Assembly: GCF_009914755.1 (NCBI RefSeq) | Contig: NC_060934.1 | DNA length: 64,000 nt | Direction: 5' to 3' (one strand) | Origin: the human T2T-CHM13v2.0 reference genome, Homo sapiens | In this document: one piece after another, positions 33,644 to 48,546 of the stretch | Position numbering within the stretch: the stretch's first letter is position 1 | Layout: each line of letters starts with the position of its first letter | Program-made: the position numbers and the translations under genes | Notes under the pieces: generated by a model | Told to the model about the DNA's origin: nothing | The model's input: only the letters and a program-made list of their open reading frames with translations | Database searches by the model: none

Positions 33644-36600
33644 TCTTTTTTTGGAAATTCATAGATTTCTTCTTGATTTGAATCCATTGCTTGAGAGCTA
33701 GTGTGGTCTTTTGGGGGTATCACAGAACCTTGTTTTGTTATATTACCAGAATTACTTTTCTGATTCCTTCTCATTTGGGTAGACTATTTTAGCGGAAAAA
33801 TCTGGAACTCCAGGGCTGCTGTTCAGATTCTTTCATCCCATGGAGTGATCCCCTGATATGTGCACTCACCCTTCCTAAGGGATGGGGATTCCTGGGAGCT
33901 GGAGTGCATTGAGTGTTAATGCTCTTCTGGGTCTAGCCACTCAGCAGGGCTACCAGGCTGGGCAGGTGCTGCAGAATGTCTGCCAAGAGTCCTGTGATGT
34001 GATCCATCTTCAGGTCTCCCAGGCATGGATACCAAGACCTGCTCTTGTGGAGGTGGCAGGGGAGTGAAGTAGACTCTGTGAGATTCCTTGGTTATAGATA
34101 TGTTTAGTATGCTAGCTTTCTTGAATGCTGATTATGCTGGCAGTGATCTGAACAAACTCAGGGCCTCCGATTAGCCAGGATGACGCAGGCAGTGGAATTA
34201 GCTGTTGTTTTCTCTTTCCTTGGAGCAGGGTTATTCTGTCATGAGTTGCTGTAATGTCCTGAGTTGGTTGGCCTTCAGCCAGGAGGTGCAACTTTTAAGA
34301 GCACCAGCTGTGGTAGTAGAAGAGGGATATAAGCTTGCCTTAATTTGGCCAGGAGAGGTATTCAGGTTTCTCAGGCAATGAGTGGAACCACAAAGCTCCG
34401 AAGAGTTTATCTCTATTGTAATTGACTACCAGTGTGGGTAGAAAATATCATCAGGTCAGGGCAGGGTTAGGTGGGTCTGAGCTCAGACTTTCCTTGGACG
34501 GGGCTTGCAGCAGCCACTGTGAGAGAGAAGGAGGTGGTTCTCTGGCTAATAGAGTTATGTTCCAGAGGAGATTATGGCTGCCTCTGTCACCAGGGGAGTG
34601 GGGAAAACCTGGTAGAGATAGGCCTCACCCAGCTCCTGCAATGTTGGAAAGGCTGGTCTTGCTCCCACCAAGGCTGTTAAGACCAGAGTTTATCTCCAAG
34701 CAGCTGTGCATAGAATCCAGACCTTTCCTCAGGATATAAGCTTCCCTGCTGAGAAAGCAAGAACAACTTTCAAGCCACACCTCCTCTCTATCCGCCCACA
34801 ATGTAGACCATGGCTCCTGTGCTCCTTTCTGCAGTAGTTCTCCTTTGCCCTCCAAATTCTGTTCAAGAGACTTTGTGCCCAGTCAAAATTATTGCAAAGT
34901 TCAGCTGGAAGATTCTTTCACACTGTGACCTCTCCCAAATTTCACCGGCTGCCTTTGCTGAGGGACCCTGTGAGATAGAGTCATGGATGGCTTTCCTGGG
35001 CTCAAGCTGGAGAATGGGAGTGTCTACAAGGCTCTTCGTGCTGCCACTTATACTTTTATATTTCACACTAAATCCATTTCAGCTCTAGATAAGGTTAAAT
35101 CCTTCTCCAACAATCTGAATTTTCAGGTTTCCTAGCGGAGACGTGTGTTCAGAGGCAGGTTTTCCCCCTCTCACACTTTGGGAACTCACAGTTTTTTGTC
35201 TATCTCATGGAATTTGCAGCAGTGTGCCACTTCTTTCAAAGAGTCTATGAATTCTTTTGGTTTTTCTGGTATGTTCCTATGGTGGTTCTTGGAGCAAAAG
35301 TCTACAGTATGAGTCTCCACAGGCTGTTATGTTTGCCCAGGTGGGAGCTGAATGTTAGCCCTGCCTCCTCTCCACCATCCTCCTCCCACTCTGGATCTCA
35401 TTGTTTTCTATGACTGAATAGGACTCCATTGTATTTAAGTACTATATTTTCTTTATCTATTCGTCTGTTGGTGGACATGTAGGTTGCTTTCAAATTTCGA
35501 CTATTGTGGATAGTGCTGCAATAAACATGGGAGTGGAGATATCTCTTCAAAATACTGATTTTTTTTCTTTTGGGTACATACCTAGCAGTAGCATTGCTAG
35601 ATCATATAGTAGCTTTCTGTTTTGTTTTATGAGGAATTGCCAAACTGTTCTCCATAGTGGGTGCACTAATTTGATTCCTACCAACAGTGTAAAAGACTTC
35701 CCTTTTCTCCATATGCTTGCCAGTATTTATTTTTGACTTTCTTTTGGATAAAAGCCATTTTAACTTGGGTGAGACGATATCTCATTGTAGTCTTGATTTG
35801 CATTTCTCTGATGATCAATGATGTTGAGTACCTTTTCATATGCCTGCTTGCCATTTATATATGTTCTTTTAAGAAATACCTATTCAGATCTTTTGCCCGT
35901 TTTAAAATCAGATGATTAGATTTTTTTCCTATTAAGTTGTTTGAGCTTCCTATATATTCTGGTTATTAATTCCTTGTCATATGGGCAGTTTGAAAATATT
36001 TTCTTTTATTCTGTAGGTGTCTCTTCACTTCATGAATTGTTTCTTATTGTGGTGCAGAAGCTTTTAACTTGATGTGATCCTATTTGTCCATGTTTGCTTT
36101 GGGTGCCTGTGTTTGTGGGGCATTACTCAATAAATCTTTGCCTAGTTCAATGTCTTGGAGAGTTTCCTCAATGTTTTATTTATTTTTTATTTTTTATTTT
36201 TGTAGTTTCATAGTTTGAAGTCTTAGATTTAAGTCTTTAATCTACTTTTATTTGATTTTTGTATATAATGAGAGATAGGAGTTTATTTTTATTCTTCTGC
36301 ATATGGACATCCAGTTTTTCCAGCATCATTTATTGAAGAGACTGTTCTTTTCCCAATGTATATTCTTGGCACCTTTGTTGAAAATTAGTTTGCTGCAAAT
36401 GTATGAATCTATTTTTGTGGGTTCTGCAGTCTGTTCCATTGGTTATGTGTCTGTTTTTATGCCAGTGCCATGCTGTTTTGGTTACTATAGCTTCATAGTA
36501 TAATTTGAAGTCTGGTAACATGATTATTCCAGTTTTGTTCTTTTTGCTCAAGACAGCTTTGGCTACTTTGCATCCTTTGTGGTTCCATATAAATTGTAGA

Positions 36601-39600
36601 ATTTTTTTTTTCTATTTCTGTGAAGAGTGTCATTAGTATTTTGATAGGGATTGCATTCACTCTGTGGATTGCTTTAGGTAGTGTCAACATTTTAGCAATA
36701 TTTATTCTTCCAACCCATCAATGTTCTTCTGCTTTTTCTGTTCAACTTATTGCATTAATGTATTATAATTTTCATTGTCAAAATCTTTCTCTTGTTTAGT
36801 TAATTCCTAGGTATTTCATTTTATTTGTAGCTTTTGTAATGAAATTACTTTCTTGGTACCTTTTTCAGATTTTTTGCTATTTGACACATGGAAATGCTAC
36901 TAATTTTTGTATGTTGATTTTGTATCATGCAAGCTTACTAAATTTATCAGTTTTAATTTTTTGTGTGCAGTCTTTAGGTTTTTTAAACTAAAAGATCAAA
37001 TAATCTGTAGACAGAATAATTTGATGACTTATTTTCCAATTTGGATGCCCTTTATTTCTTTCTCTTTCTGATCTAGCTAGGACTTAAAATGCTGTAGTCT
37101 TTTAAACATCAAGTGGATACCTATAAATGTAATCTATTTTTCAACATTTCAAATAATTTTTCATATGAAAAACTTATTTTTGATTTGTTACAATGAACAT
37201 TATAAAGAAATCTAGGGACCCTTCAATCTAACTCTCTGGTACTATAGATAACCTAAGATGAATAGATATTAAGTATATTTTTCTGGATCACAAAGACTAT
37301 TACTGACAAGCGGAAGATTAAGTCTCACATCACCTCATTTCTATTCAGTGTTTTGGCCTTATAACTGGCTGTCTCTCTTAATTTATTCTCATCATTAGGA
37401 AAGAAAATGAGGTAGAGCTTTAAGATCAACAGTGCTTTAATATTGACTCTAAGTAAACTTCAGTTATGCTACAACTCACTACCATCATTTCAGTTTTAAA
37501 TATTTATTTTTGCTTCATTTCTAGATTTTTATCGGCAGCAACCAGTATTTTTGTTTTGTTGTTTTGTATCCTTTTAAGATTTATTTACATTGTAATATAA
37601 TTTCCTAAAAATGTTTTAATGCTCTTTATTGCCAACAGAGCTAACACAGAAGCAAAATATTTTCATATGTAATAGAGCTTTTCTTTCTCTAAAAGAATAT
37701 TATAAAGGATCTCTGGTTTAACATGGCTGACTGAAAATATGCATGCATTTTTACTAATTCCTGTAAAGTACCCATAAATGTGTGCATGTGTAAGGCACTG
37801 ACACTAGATGAGGAATGTCAACTAATTTTGTAAGATGAAAAATGAAAAAATGTGTGGACCAGTAGAATGTATTAGAAGAGGGAAAAGTCAACAAGAAGAA
37901 AGCCATTTGTACCACTAAACCCCCAACATATTCTTCAGTGAACAATGTCAATAGCTCTAAGATATTAACCAAGAAAAAGCATCTATCAACACTGGTATTT
38001 AGGCATACTCCTAATTACCTGCCTCTTTATTCAGAAACAATGCCTGTTTGTTATTATATAGGCTCTGTCTTTCTTTATCCATAGAGCTTATCATACTTTG
38101 TAAAGCCCTGTGTATACATATAAATTTATATCCAAAACTCAAATTTAGTTTGAGTAGTACCTTATCATAAACAGAGTCCTATACAAACAAAACCATGAAC
38201 TTAGAGGAAATTATGAAAATGTAGGTAACAACAGATGATGTCAATAAAGCCTATAAGAACCTCTGTAGAGTTGAGAATAGACATGACATTTATGAAATAA
38301 GATCAAATTTTCATGAAATGGGATTATCTTAAGCATAAGAAATAACTTTTAGAAATTAAAACCATTAGATCATAAATAACAAATTTGAAAAAGCTTTTAT
38401 AATCTTGGGTAAAAATGTAAAGTGTTAATATATAAGGAAAAATATGGCAGAATAGCAGGATTCATCTAGTTGGTCCAAGGTCTGGCTCATAGTAGTTCCA
38501 GAAATATGTAAGATAGAAAATATATGGGCAATAATTAGCAAAGAATGATACAATGCTTTGTGCAAAGTTAATGACATGAGTTTCCAACCTGAAAGAACTC
38601 ACATAATATGAGCAAAATCAGTGATCAAGGAGCAAGATAAACATCAAATGCTGATGTCAAGAATAAAGACACAATGCTAAGGGTAAAGAGTAAAAGTGAA
38701 GGTAACAGCCAAAACCCCACTACCACCAAAACAGCAGCAAAAGCAGAATCTCTGTATAAAAAAATCAGTAGGTGATTTCTCAAGAGTAATATAGATATCT
38801 AAAGAAAATAGAATTATGCCCTTAAGTTGTGAAAGAAAAGTATTAACAACTAGAATTGTATATCTATCCAAGAAATAAAAAAGTTTGACAACATAAGAGA
38901 GACATTTTTAGATATTCAGAATCTAAAATAATTTATTTCTGTACATAAATATACTCCACCATCAAAAGGTGGAGAGGATATAGGATCTGATTTATTCTAT
39001 AGTAAGAAATGACTGAATAACTTCAGCTAATGTTCAAAAAAGAAAAATCAAGACATAACAATATAACTTTATTTTTTAGAATTATGGACATTAACAATGA
39101 AAGAAAGATAGTGAGGAAATGTAAAGTGGTTATACATTTAAATCAAATGTGGAATTTGTCACATTTTTTCTTGATCAATATCCAGCTCCTTTTATCATCA
39201 ATCACCTGTCCTCATGTTTACTTGATATCTGACAAATTTAACCACTCACAGGTAATTTTGAATTGCTTTCCTTTTTCTTCAAGCATCTTCCTCCTTATCC
39301 TTTACACAAAGCCTGGAAAACAGGGGAAACCATCCAGTTCAAAAACTGACAGGGAATCAAGAAAATATCACTAAAGCTTTAGAAAACATCACATAAAAAT
39401 TTAATAAGATTGGGCAGACAGTTATACTCAACAGGTGAAACATGTGCTATCATAATAGAATAATATAATATGTAGATTTCTGTTCTCTTCAGGTTGGAGA
39501 TTGAATCCAACTCCTGTTTTAATTTAGGCACACTTGGATTCTGGCTTAGAATTGGATATGAACTCTGAATATAGATATTTACGCTGGTCATGTTGGTTTG

Positions 39601-40361
39601 TTTAGAGATGAGCTCTGCAAAGTCTGAATGCTGTTGCACATTTGCTGCCCCACTAAAAAGATAAAAAAAAATTTTAAAAACCACAATTGATCATCCAGAA
39701 AAGGGATAAGAAAACCTGATGTTCCTAGACGTTGAAGTGATCACCATTAGAAACATAACACATAACGGCCACTCCTCAATCAGCAGTTCGGATCTGGACT
39801 GATCATCTCCACAGATGACGATTATATATCCTCTAGTTCAGGATGACAAATGATCAGGGCTGAGTCTTTGGTCTGGGAAATTTTTGCTTAAGAGGACAAG
39901 AATAAGACTATAAACCCTCACTGTAATATTTAAGACAGTAATGAAACCAATTTATCTAACCAAATTGTTTGCTATCCGAGCAATTAAATATTAATCTAAC
40001 AATTTTCTTACCAAGAATTACTTCAAGGTTTCTGTCTTAAAGAAGTCAAACAACCCTAAATGATTATGTGACAAAATTATCCAATCTCAAAAAGCAGTCC
40101 CCTTAAAAGACAACCAAAGCTCAGATTCAACAACCATGTAAACATTCATTCATAATTTGCCCTTTTTAAGACTCTTTCAAAGTAGAGTTCTTTCTTATTG
40201 TGGTACTTTTAATGAACTTAACTTTGCATTGTCAACAGATAGTACACTGGTTTTTGTAGGGAGCTGATATTTAGCAGGGATTTCTTTCATCAACTTACCA
40301 GACTGGTTAAAAAATCAAAGCCCACATATACCTGAGATACAAGCCATGAATGTACTTTTTT

Positions 40362-40659
40362 CTGTTTTTTTTTTTTTTTTTTTTTTTGAGACGGAGTCTC
40401 GCCCAGGCTGGGGCGTAGTAGCACAATCTCGGCTCACTGGAAGCTCTGCCTCCCGGGTTCATGCCATTCTCCTGCCTCAGCCTCCCAAGTAGCTGGGACT
40501 ACAGGCAACCGCCACCACGCCCGGGAATTTTTTGTATTTTTAGTAGAGACGGGGTTTTACTGTGTTAGCCAGGTTGGTCTTGATCTCCTGACCTTGTGAT
40601 CCACCCGCCTCGGCCTCCCAAAGTGCTGGGATTACAGGCGTGAGCCACCACGCCCGGCC
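40362..40659 (-). mobile_element. AluY SINE
   Basis: Y diagnostics (aagctc..., gccattctc, tgttagccagg, gatctcctgacc); TSD GAATGTACTTTTTT at 40348-40361 and 40660-40673. Confidence 0.93.
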
Positions 40660-41107
40660 GAATGTACTTTTTTTTCTGATAAATAGCTTTTGATTCACTG
40701 AGAGTCATGGTAGACTGATGATGCTTTTGCTTTGCTTATAGAGAAAGTCGATTTGACCTCTTTACATTGAGTCTTAGTTTTAGTTCCTCATCTTCAGTGT
40801 GCTTGAACATTCTTGTCTTCAAGAAAAGAATATAGGTGTGAATACTCATTCCTTGTCCAATAATCCCTGTGATTTTATTGAAAAGTACTGTGTTTATTAC
40901 TTTAGCTCTGACATTAGGAAGACTTTTGTTTCATTCATGTCTGTGGAAATCCTGAATAGTGCCTGGGATCTCATTGTACTCAATCATATTTGTTGAATTA
41001 ATGAAAATATTAACTTATTAATGGTTTTTAACTTTCTATTCACTTCTGACAACCATGGATTCAATTTCTTTCACAGGCGAATATCTCTTTATAAAAAACT
41101 ATGTATT

Positions 41108-41253
41108 GGCCCGGTGTGGTGGCTCATGCCTGTATTCCCAGCAGTTTGGGAGGCCAAGGTGGGTGTTTCACAAGGTAAGGAGTTCAAGACCAGCCTGGCC
41201 AAGATGGTGAGACCCCGAAAAATACAAAATAAATTAGCTGGGCGTGGTGGCAC
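41108..41253 (+). mobile_element. 3'-deleted Alu (Sg-like): left monomer plus the start of the right monomer
   Basis: Stops abruptly at ggcgtggtggcac, with no tail. Confidence 0.85.
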
Positions 41254-41544
41254 TATTTGCTATTTCCATGTATTTGTAGCCTGAGGGTTTCTGTTCTGAT
41301 CTTGTTGGTCTTCTCATGTTATCAAACAGTATCTCATCCACTGCACCTAGTGAAAAATTGGGAAGGAAGGAGAAGAGAAAAATTTAAAGGACTAATTTAA
41401 ACCTGAATGAACTGTTTAGATTTCTGAACAGTACTAAATTTTAGCCTTGATTTTATTAATTTTAGACATTCTGTTTGCTCCCCAAAACATGGTAGTGCTT
41501 ATGAAGGAGATAAAATCAGCTATAGAGAAGTAAGAGTTGCATTT

Positions 41545-41970
41545 CTTTTATAAAATGAACTTTATTAAAGCATAACTGATGAGTGAAATTGTATGTATTC
41601 ATGGTGTAAAATGTGATGTTTTGATATATATGTATAGACACTGTGGAATGACTAAACCAAGCTAAATCATATATCCATCACCTCACATACTTTTTTTTTT
41701 TGTAGTGATAACATTTAAGATCTACTTTTTTGGCAATTTCAAGTATACAATGCATTGTTATTAATTGTAGTTTTTGGACTATACGATAGATACAATATTT
41801 GGTATTAATAATACCAAAACTTATTAATCTTGTGTAACAGAGACATTGTACCATTTGACCAATATCTCCCCATTCCACTCTCACCCTAATCTCTGGCAAC
41901 TACCAGTCTACGCTGCTCTATGAGTTTGAGTTTTTTCAGTTCCACATTTAAGAGAGATCAGGCAGTACAT
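41545..41970 (-). mobile_element. L1MA 3'UTR fragment
   Basis: catttaagatctact...gcaatttcaagtatacaat...ctctggcaactacc antisense L1MA 3' end. Confidence 0.75.
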
Positions 41971-43879
41971 TCTTTTTTTACAACACCGTAGTCATGTTAG
42001 TAAATTAGTGACTCAACATTGTATGCCTTTTTCAGAGGCTTCCTCAGATTCATTTTTGTGCATCAGAAATCTTGTTATAAGCGCTGTGTTCATTTTATAT
42101 GTATTATAACTAGGATTTTTTTTTCTTTCAGAACATTTTAAAATATATCTCTTATCAGTGAGTCTGGGGCATAGAGGAAATTGTTTGCCGTTCCTCAGGC
42201 AGGACACTTTTTCTTTTTTCTTACCCTCTGCATTCCTTCTTCCTAACTAGAGAAGTGTTTTCTCCTATAAGAACATATCAATTTAGTGCTATGATAGGAA
42301 AGTATTTGTAAGAGGAAGATATTTATCTGATAAATGTTCCACTTTGAAACATCTGAATAAACAAATGGTACTAACTTAGGAGGACCTTGCTTACAAGGAC
42401 CCATGGTCTTGCCATTGGTTAGTGGACTCTAGCCTTGATCACAAAAAGTGCCAGCAAGACTGATCCAGGACTTTAAAAGATGGAAAGCTGTAGAAAAAGA
42501 TGATGGGAAAGATTCTAGGAAAAAGAATAGTAAATTCAGTGCCTATCTAAAATTGACCTTTTGAAATATAACTCATTTTTTAAAAAATCCTTTGGTGTTC
42601 TAAATATGTTTATGATAAACTATAATTATTTTATTGTACCTACACATTTTTTGAGATGCTGGATTAATGCTTCAATTCAAAATGTGGGAACTTACTATGT
42701 ATTTAATATGACATTAATGTTTAGTCCCATCTTCTCTGTTCTATGCACCCTTTCCAAAAAAATGTGACTTCATGATTTACTCATTATCTGGAGTAAATGG
42801 TGAGAGTTCCGCTAAAATATATGGTGGATTGTTTTAGTTGACTTTCTAAAGTTTAAATTATAGTAATATGGAGAAATAAATTGGGAATGTTGAAAATAAG
42901 TAAGACAGTATGTTGAGTTGACTTGTAAAAATGATTAGGAAAAAGAGGACGTGAGGGAAAATAATTAAAAATTCTAAAACTGGAACCACACAATGTTGTG
43001 GTTTAATATGAAGTTAGTTAAAACTGATGCAATCACTCATACCTAAAAAAAAAGTGTTTCTATTTATTGTCTTTTTATTTTCAGGATACTTTGTAATTAT
43101 AATAATTTAAAATGTCAACTATAGTTCAGTAGTTATAATTTAGCTGATTTCACCTAAAAGTACTTAAACTAATTTCACATATAGCCCAAATATGCCAATA
43201 TTGTTACATTTCTTATAATCAAAAAAGTTAAGTGCTTAGTTACCCTTCACATATATGCAGTTGAAATTAATTTACAAATTGATTTCCTGATTTTTAGCAG
43301 TAAAACCAATGTACAGTATATCCAATCAAGTTTGTTTTATAGGGCTAAATCATCAAATATGCTGTTGCTTATCCAAAAACCAAATTGAGAGATGGCTAAA
43401 AGTTTGGCTTCCCCTAATAATTTAAATTATTTGTGTCACCTATATTTCAATAAAAAGGAGAATTCTGAGATCCATGATGACACACCACTGCTTCTTTAAT
43501 GCATTGATGTAACAAGCTGCTGAACAATTATAGCTTCAGATTATACTTTGAAAGAATATGAAACTCATTCAATAGAAATAGCTTTTGGTTTTATGCTGAG
43601 CATGGCTTTAACATTTTTTTTTCATACTTCCAGATTCCAAGAAGAAAACATTTCATTTGAATTTCTCTCTGTTTCTGTCTACTTTCTTGGTAAGTAGCTA
43701 GACCAAGGAATGGTTTGGGAAAATGCATAATCTCTCCATAATCTCCGTAAACTAACTATGTCAAAGTTGCTTGAAATCAAATAGGCAGATAGATTTCACC
43801 TAGACATGTCCAAAAAAGAAATTCTTTGAGGTCCTATTGCTCTTGGCTATTATCCATACTCCACTAACCCATGTCTTTG

Positions 43880-44526
43880 TGTTCCTGGACAGAACCGAGG
43901 GTCAGGCTGCTTGTTCTCACAGCCTAATAATGAGAAGCAGATGCCTGGGAAAGAAGAGAGTTTATTTCTGTAGCCAGGTACAGAGAGAAGGCTGGGAAAA
44001 TATCACTAGATCAACTCAAAATTACAAAGTTTTCCAGAGCTTATAGACCTTCTAAGCTATATGTCTATGTGTAAGTGTGCATTCATCTAAAGACGGAAGT
44101 GATTAACTTCTGATCTATAACTAAGGCTGAGTCCTGAAAGCCTTCCTCCGGAGCCTCAGTCAATTTGCTTATCTAGATGGGCCCAGGTGCTGGGGTGATT
44201 ACCCTTATCTTGTCTCTTCTAAATCATGGAGGTTTGTGGAGTTCCTTTAGACTCCCAATAAAACTTGTTCGTGGAGGTCTGGGGAGTTTCTTCAGACCCC
44301 CAATAAAACTTGTTTAATCCTAAACGGGTCCTGTTAAGAATTCCTTCATTATCTTGTCATGCTTCAAGGCCCAGGCAAAACTCTTAGTGGACTTTTTCTA
44401 CATTCCAGCCTTTATATGAGGGCTCTGGCTCTATCAGCTTTTAATATTTAACTTAACCACTCAGTGCTGAAACAGTTGTCATGGAGGCCTGTCTGTTCAG
44501 CTGTTAGTGAGATCTGGCTTGCCACA
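43880..44526 (-). mobile_element. LTR15-like solo LTR (ERV1)
   Basis: Minus strand begins tgtggcaagccagatctcactaac; TG...CA termini; flanks TTTG/TTAG; internal ~44-bp tandem repeat. Confidence 0.7.
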
Positions 44527-46261
44527 TTAGTCTCCAAAATAAATTTGTATTTATTGATTAAAATATGTATAAATTGTTCCTTAGCTACATAAATATAAGA
44601 AGTCATAACTTTCAGCAACAAGGATGTATATAATATTCTTTGGGCTCCATCCTTCATCTAAGGTTGGGTTAATTTCATTCTTTCTCTATAGAAATACTCT
44701 GAAGTTAAATTTTTCCAATGTCTCAATAGACACATTCCTATAACAACATTAATATTTTAAATGAAAAACATTATGAATAAATTTTGAAATTTGATAATAA
44801 AATTAGCCTAATGATTTCTTATTTATATGTCACAACCATTTAGCAAAATGATTTCACAGTAATTGAGGTTTTTAAGGCTAAGAAAGCAAGTAAAAAGAAA
44901 CAGGCATATTAAAAGGCCTTATGCTAAAAGTTATTAATATGAATTATGATACTATATTAGCATGTTATCAGGAGAATAATTAATTTTCACCTGTCATTTC
45001 AATACAATCATGTATAAATAAAATTATTATAAACTCAGTTATATAAAACATCCATTTAGATAATATAGAATTCAAATGTTATAGTAACATTAGCACTATA
45101 AAAATTATGATAAATATTAATACAATTATTAATTATAAATATTTTAATTGGGGTTTATTTTTATTAAAACCAATTATGAAAAATTCTGCTCTACATTCAA
45201 TTTTTACAAAATTAAGATAAAACAGGAAAAAATGCACATAATTTAGAAAATGGCCATGATAAACCTTTTAAGATGTAGTATGTTATAGTTTAACACCATC
45301 CAAACAAAAACAACAAGAAAGATGTAGTATTTAGTAACGATGGTGAATAAAACATAATAAAATCTCTTCTTTTCTGGAAAACAAGTTAAAATATACTTGT
45401 TACAATTTTTTAAAAAATTGAATAAATAGTCTTGAGCGCAAAATAGGTGCCAGGAAGAGAGAGAGAGTTCACTGAAAGATGAGACCTTTCATGCTGTCCA
45501 TGGAAGTTTGATGATATTCAAGACCTTAGGGAGGTGTTGGGGCCTTATCTATTGGGGTCCAGTTCAAAAGGCTGAAACCACATTCATAATTGAACATAGG
45601 AGATGTAATGAAATAATTATTAAGTTGATAAAAGGTATTCATTATAAATAGGGGTAAAGAAAACACGTAATACAGTAATAGCAAAACTAAGAGATGTCAG
45701 CAAGCTGGGAGACCTCAATATTAAGTGATGTACTAAATCATCCCCCACCCACAGTTAGTGCGTATCACTCTGAAAAGCAGACTTGCCCAAGTATGGAAAT
45801 AGGGCTCAAAGACACACATCTAATAGGTTCAGAACATTGCCAGTATTCATGTAGTGTATATATTTTTTTCCTATGCCCTTTGCTAAAACAAGTCATTTGG
45901 TGCTAAACTTGTGTTTTCTGTGAACCTAATTGTCTACGTGGACCTTTGTGATCATGCAACAATAGGTATGTGTGTGCACACACACAAACACACACACAAA
46001 GAGCAAGTGATAGAATATTATATATATATTATCATACAAATCTAATCCTACTTTCGTAAAAATAAAAACGATAAAGCAGAAACAATCTGTATTTATTTAT
46101 CTGTGCATGCATGTGTGTGCATTGTGTTCCTAAAGTTTGATAAAACCTTGTTTATGATGAGGTGAGAGACCTAGCTTTGCTAACAACAGTGAAGGAGAAA
46201 TACACATCTACTTATAATTTTACTGTAAAAAACATCTGTTCATTTTGTAAAACAGCAGCTC

Positions 46262-46535
46262 TATTTAAAAAAATCATATTATGATGGATATATGTAATTT
46301 TGCATTTTCCAAAATCTATAGAATAAACAAAGAATAAACCCCAATATAAATTATGTACTGTAGTTAATAGTGATATCTTAATATTGGTTCATTAATTGTC
46401 ATAAATGTTCCACACAAATAAATAAACTGTGAACTCTGTGCAGGGGAGAAGGGTGTGTATGAGGATTCTCTGTCTTTTCCACCCCATTTTTTGTAAATCT
46501 AAAACTGCTCTAAAAAAACTATATTAATTACAAAA
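46262..46535 (+). mobile_element. L1MC-like 3'UTR fragment
   Basis: aatattggttcattaattgt...tgtaaatctaaaactgctctaaaaaa. Confidence 0.6.
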
Positions 46536-48179
46536 CAGTCAATATGAAAAATAATGGAAAATAATTATGGTATATAATTTTTTAAAGTTGTTATATCAGT
46601 AGACCAGAAATGCTGTTGAGATTTTGGAAAAGACAAGGCAGGTAGTATTAAAAAACAGTAGAGAAGACACGAATCTAAGACAAACCAAAGTGCATCGTTT
46701 CCCAAAAGAGTCATCAGAGAGCTCCAAACCTAGCATAAATTACACTAAGATCTGGGAAGGGTGTGGGTAGGAGAACTGTATTTGTAAATTGCTGCAGATG
46801 CCAGCCTATGCTTTTCCTCCACAGAACTTACAGCTGGGAGTGATAGCCTCTGCTCTTAGGTGAAATCTGGGACTTTTTTTGTGGAAGAAATTTCACTCTG
46901 CCTAAGAAGAAGTGTAAGGAAGAGTATTAGTTCCTGTGTAGAGAAACAGAGAATCTTAGGGTCTCAGGAACTGAGGGAAGTGTAGAGAAGGAGGAAGGAG
47001 AGAGAGAATCAATTTTTCCCCCAAAGTGAAATAAGCTAATGTTCTCCCCTAGATTTATCTTTGTCACAGTAGTTTGGGGGAGTTTGCTTCCTCATGTCAA
47101 ATCCACGCTCTCTCTAGAGTAGCTGGTCTATCATCTGGCAGAGAAGCCAATTAGGGAAATATACTTAACACAACTAGAGAGGTAAGTTGCACCAGACATC
47201 TATACTAAATAAGGGAATCTTGCTTTCATAAATTTGAATAGAAAAACAGAAAGTAACACAAGCAACAGATAGTTTAAAGAAAAACAAAATGAACAAAAAC
47301 ACTCAGATGACCAAAGAGAACTGACTTTAAGGAAATTGACATTATTAGAGGACTAGAAAATAACTTAAAAGTTATGTTAGTATTCCTAGAGGATTGAGAG
47401 AGTATTTTATACACAGCATGCAGAGGTTAATATAAAGATGAACAAAATGAAAGAAGGAAGAGTTTTTGGAAAATTAGGCTGTGACTATTGATATAAAAAA
47501 TCTACTGGATAAATGAACAAAACTATATTAAACTTGGAATGTGAAATGAGAGGGGTGAACATTGAACACAGATCTAAGTGTATATAGGAAACCAGTTGAT
47601 TATTTACTGAAAATTAAATGTAATATAAATCTAGAAAGCATTATATTTGTATGCCAAATTTTCATAAAAAAATAGAACAGATCAAATGGAGTTGACAAAG
47701 AAAAAAATACAAGAAAAATTCACAAAGCTAAAGATAGTAATCCTTTGATTGAAAGTATCAACCCACATGATAAAGAACAAGAACTCCCAGAGACTCAACT
47801 TTGTAAAGTTTCAGAACCAAACAATAGGGAGCAAAAGCTAAAATATTTTGGCAGATATTTTGTAATGTTTTTATTTCAAGCATTTAAACATTAAGTAGTA
47901 AACAAAACTTGTTATATCTGGAAAGAAAGAATAAAGATAAACGCGAGAAATTTTCCTATTTTATATTCTCTTCTAAAGCTCTTTGAATTTTTGTATTTTT
48001 CTTGGCTTTGTGCATGCATGATTTTTATTATTTTAAAAACCTGTTATAAAAATCAAGTGCATGATATACTACTATTTCATTACCGTGATTTTTTTATTCC
48101 TACAAATTTTACTGGGCTTTACAAAATTGTGTCTAATTCAAGTTCGCATCTTTTGCTAAAATAATATTGGGTAATATTT

Positions 48180-48546
48180 ATAGCAGACTCTGTGCTCAGG
48201 CTGATCCTAACCATTTTGAATGGCTTCTGAGGACTTCCAGCACCTACCTCTCTGGAGCAGAGGGTCTTTTCCTGGAATTTAGCTGCTGAAGAACTGTGTT
48301 AGTCTGTTCTTATGGTAAATTAACACCTCCTGGTAGCAGCCCTCAGCAAATGACTCCAGAGAATTGGTGATTGCCTTGTATGCAGTTTCATGGTATGTGG
48401 TAATATGGGGGTTAATATTTCATCCCTGGCTGTCTTCATTTCCAGGTACCATTTCCCTGTTCCCCTAATTGAACTTCCTATATTAACTAGGACTATTTGT
48501 ATCTTTGCCTCAGGGTCTTCTTTTGGAAGATCACAAACTAGACCAG
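48180..48546 (+). mobile_element. Old ERVL LTR (LTR16-like)
   Basis: 3' end gcctcagggtcttcttttggaagatcacaaactagacca. Confidence 0.4.

Noticed and set aside
37700-40270. Possible HAL1/L1ME and LTR remnants (also 45300-47900 and 6000-8200)
   Set aside because: The A-rich or T-rich skew suggests very old repeats, but they are too degenerate to assign families or boundaries by eye.
40960-40980. Third copy of GGATCTCATTGT resembling the L1PB TSD
   Set aside because: Only 12 bp, within a probable L2 3' remnant and not at an element boundary; treated as coincidence.
44229-44315. CRISPR-like or novel repeat
   Set aside because: A two-copy ~44-bp tandem repeat inside an LTR U3 region, with no spacers.
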